From the NCBI GenBank assembly GCA_022800665.1, contig JAAWQS010000005.1:109-64108 (forward strand): 64,000 bases of DNA. Reading direction: 5' to 3'. The notes under the pieces are model-generated. The model was given only the letters and a program-made list of their open reading frames with translations, was not told where the DNA came from and did not search any database. Within the stretch, counting starts at the first letter, position 1; the number at the start of each line of letters is the position of its first letter. This document shows positions 62,206 to 64,000 of the stretch, piece by piece. This DNA comes from Oscillospiraceae bacterium (GTDB lineage Bacteria; Bacillota; Clostridia; Oscillospirales; Oscillospiraceae). Position numbers and translations under genes: made by a program.

Positions 62206-63738
62206 ATGTCAACAGCACAAATCTGCATTATGGCCACCATGATCCTGTATCTCTGCTTCGTGATTTTTACAGGCGTGATGATTGGCCGCCGCTCCAAGAA
62301 GAGCGCCGAGGGATTCTATTTGGGCGGCCGGGGCATCGGCCCCCTGGTCACCGCCATGAGCGCGGAGGCCTCCGACATGAGCAGCTACCTGCTCATGGGC
62401 ATTCCCGGCCTTGCATATCTCTCCGGCGTGGCCGACGCCAGCTGGACTGCCATTGGCCTGGCTGTGGGCACGTATTTGAACTTTCTGCTGGTGGCCAGAA
62501 GGCTCCGCCGCTACAGCGTGAAGCTGGACGCCATCACCATCCCCAGCTTCATTTCCAAGCGGTATGGGGAGAAGCGGCCGGTCATCATGTGCATTTCCGC
62601 GCTGATTATCCTGATTTTCTTTGTGCCCTACGTGGCCTCCGGCCTGGCCGCCATCGGAAAGCTGTTCAACAGCCTCTTCGGCTGGAACTACATGGCCGCC
62701 GTGGTCATCGGCGCGATTGTCATCATCAGCTATACATCCATTGGCGGCTTCAACGCGGTTGCCACCATGGACCTGATCCAGTCCATCATTATGACCATTG
62801 CGCTGGCGATCATTGTGGTGTTCGGCGTGGTGCAGGCGGGGGGCATGGATGCCGTCATCGCCCACGCCCGGACGCTTCCCGGCTTCTTCAGCTTTACGGA
62901 GACCTATAATGCCTCCACCGGCGGAGCCGACCCCTATGGCCTGATCCGCATTGTCTCCATGATGGCCTGGGGCCTGGGATACTTTGGAATGCCGCATATT
63001 CTGGTCCGCTTCATGGCGATCCGGGATGAGAATGAGCTGACCCTCTCCCGCCGCATCGCCGCCGTGTGGGTGGTGATCTCCATGGGCGTGGCGGTGTTCA
63101 TCGGCATTGTGGGCCATGCCGTGTCCGCCGCTGGCCGTGTGCCCTTCCTGGAGGGCAGCGCCACGGAGACGATTATCGTGAAGCTCTCGGACCTGCTGTC
63201 CAGCTACGGGATTTTCCCGGCCATTGTGGCGGGCTGCATCCTGGCGGGCATTTTGGCCGCTACTATGTCCACGGCCGACAGCCAGCTCCTGGCTGCCTCC
63301 TCCGCCTTTTCCCAGAACATTGTGCAGGAGGTCTTTGGCGTCAAGCTGACAGAGAAGCAGACCATGCTGATCGCCCGGCTCACCGTGGTGGTGATTGCCG
63401 TCATCGCCCTCTTCCTGGCCGCGGACCCCAACAGCAATGTGTTCCAGATTGTGTCCTTCGCCTGGGCGGGCTTCGGCGCGGCCTTCGGCCCCGCTATTCT
63501 CTGCGCTCTCTTCTGGAAGCGGAGCAACCGGCAGGGAATCATGGCCGGACTGGTCGCTGGCGGCGCGATGATTTTCATTTGGAAGTTCTGGGTGCGTCCT
63601 ATGGGCGGCGCCTTGGATATCTATGAACTGCTGCCTGCGTTTGTGGTGGGGTTGGCCGCGATTGTGGTGGTGAGCCTGCTTACCGGAAAGCCTGACGCGG
63701 AGATTGAGCGCATGTTTGATGAGATGAAGGGGAACTGA
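62206..63738 (+). CDS. putP: sodium:solute symporter family protein, sodium/proline symporter-like
   Basis: SSS-family pattern (FYLGGRGIGPLVTAMSAEASDMSSYLLMGIPG...) and about 13 TM helices. Confidence 0.85.
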   Translation: MSTAQICIMATMILYLCFVIFTGVMIGRRSKKSAEGFYLGGRGIGPLVTAMSAEASDMSSYLLMGIPGLAYLSGVADASWTAIGLAVGTYLNFLLVARRLRRYSVKLDAITIPSFISKRYGEKRPVIMCISALIILIFFVPYVASGLAAIGKLFNSLFGWNYMAAVVIGAIVIISYTSIGGFNAVATMDLIQSIIMTIALAIIVVFGVVQAGGMDAVIAHARTLPGFFSFTETYNASTGGADPYGLIRIVSMMAWGLGYFGMPHILVRFMAIRDENELTLSRRIAAVWVVISMGVAVFIGIVGHAVSAAGRVPFLEGSATETIIVKLSDLLSSYGIFPAIVAGCILAGILAATMSTADSQLLAASSAFSQNIVQEVFGVKLTEKQTMLIARLTVVVIAVIALFLAADPNSNVFQIVSFAWAGFGAAFGPAILCALFWKRSNRQGIMAGLVAGGAMIFIWKFWVRPMGGALDIYELLPAFVVGLAAIVVVSLLTGKPDAEIERMFDEMKGN

Positions 63739-63769
63739 CTGCGGAAGGGCAGTCCCTTATATGAGGAGA

Positions 63770-63807
63770 GAATCCCGCCGGTCAAAGTGACTGGCGGGAT
63801 TCTTTTT
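63770..63807 (+). terminator. intrinsic terminator after putP
   Basis: GAATCCCGCCGGTCA/TGACTGGCGGGATTC stem followed by TTTTTGG. Confidence 0.75.
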
Positions 63808-63916
63808 GGGGGGAATGAGAGGGATTTCCGTAGGGAAAAGTATGGAATTTGTGAGGAGAGGGGTGAGGCGGTCAATCGGGCGGAAAAAGTTTTTTTGACA
63901 AATTTCGATTTTCTTA

Positions 63917-63945
63917 TTGACAAATGGAGGAGGATCTGGTAATCT
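63917..63945 (+). promoter_or_regulatory. sigma-70 promoter TTGACA-17 nt-TAATCT (TG-extended) with an A/T-rich upstream tract, firing out of the window
   Basis: Hexamers at 63917-63922 and 63940-63945. A second TTGACAAAT copy lies at 63895. Confidence 0.4.
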
Positions 63946-64000
63946 AACGAAGCTGTCCGGCGGGGCGGCTGCGGGAGGCCTGAAGGGGCTGAGGCGCAGG

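Overview
This 64 kb window is GC-rich with strong GC3 bias. The gene content points to a spore-forming Firmicute of the class Clostridia (spoIVB, SpoVD/SpoVE-type genes, SLH protein, T-box, Asp23/DAK2 pair). Any finer taxonomic call would be a guess. Most of it is core chromosome.

Left to right:
- A mannose-family PTS operon with a SIS deglycase-like gene and a HAD phosphatase (minus strand).
- An alanine-specifier T-box leading a three-gene unit: lipoprotein, membrane alpha/beta-hydrolase, alaS.
- Cupin, HIT, an SLH-anchored wall protein, a DivIVA-domain protein, an NSS transporter, pckA, a repeat-bearing DUF4397 protein, and a REC-GGDEF regulator.
- A RACo-like Fe-S/ASKHA protein with a tiny 4-Cys partner.
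- A CoA-disulfide/persulfide-reductase-rhodanese gene paired with an AsrC-like sulfite-reductase-family gene.
- Tex, a nicotinamidase-like gene, DUF1846, a family-4 UDG, a lysophospholipase-like hydrolase, and spoIVB.
- A long minus-strand dcw cluster: mraZ-rsmH-ftsL-PBP-PBP-murE-mraY-ftsW-murG-murA-ftsQ-ftsZ.
- coaD/rsmD, asp23-DAK2, DUF3786, a hicBA toxin-antitoxin pair beside tRNA-Gly(CCC), an MMPL transporter translationally coupled to a 1145-aa GLUG-repeat surface protein followed by a TetR regulator, and putP.

I see no CRISPR array, transposase, integrase, prophage or recognisable multi-gene defence island. The many long ORFs antisense to real genes are GC-driven shadow ORFs.

The least conventional items are:
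- the Ala T-box separated from alaS by two envelope genes;
- the MMPL/GLUG/TetR module;
- the pair of very similar tandem class-B PBPs;
- a frameshifted orphan DinJ/RelB-like gene directly downstream of ftsZ;
- a 654-bp AT-richer gap with a consensus promoter and long leader upstream of the RACo-like operon;
- an orphan consensus promoter upstream of hicBA.

All family assignments come from motif recognition by eye. None has been checked against a database.
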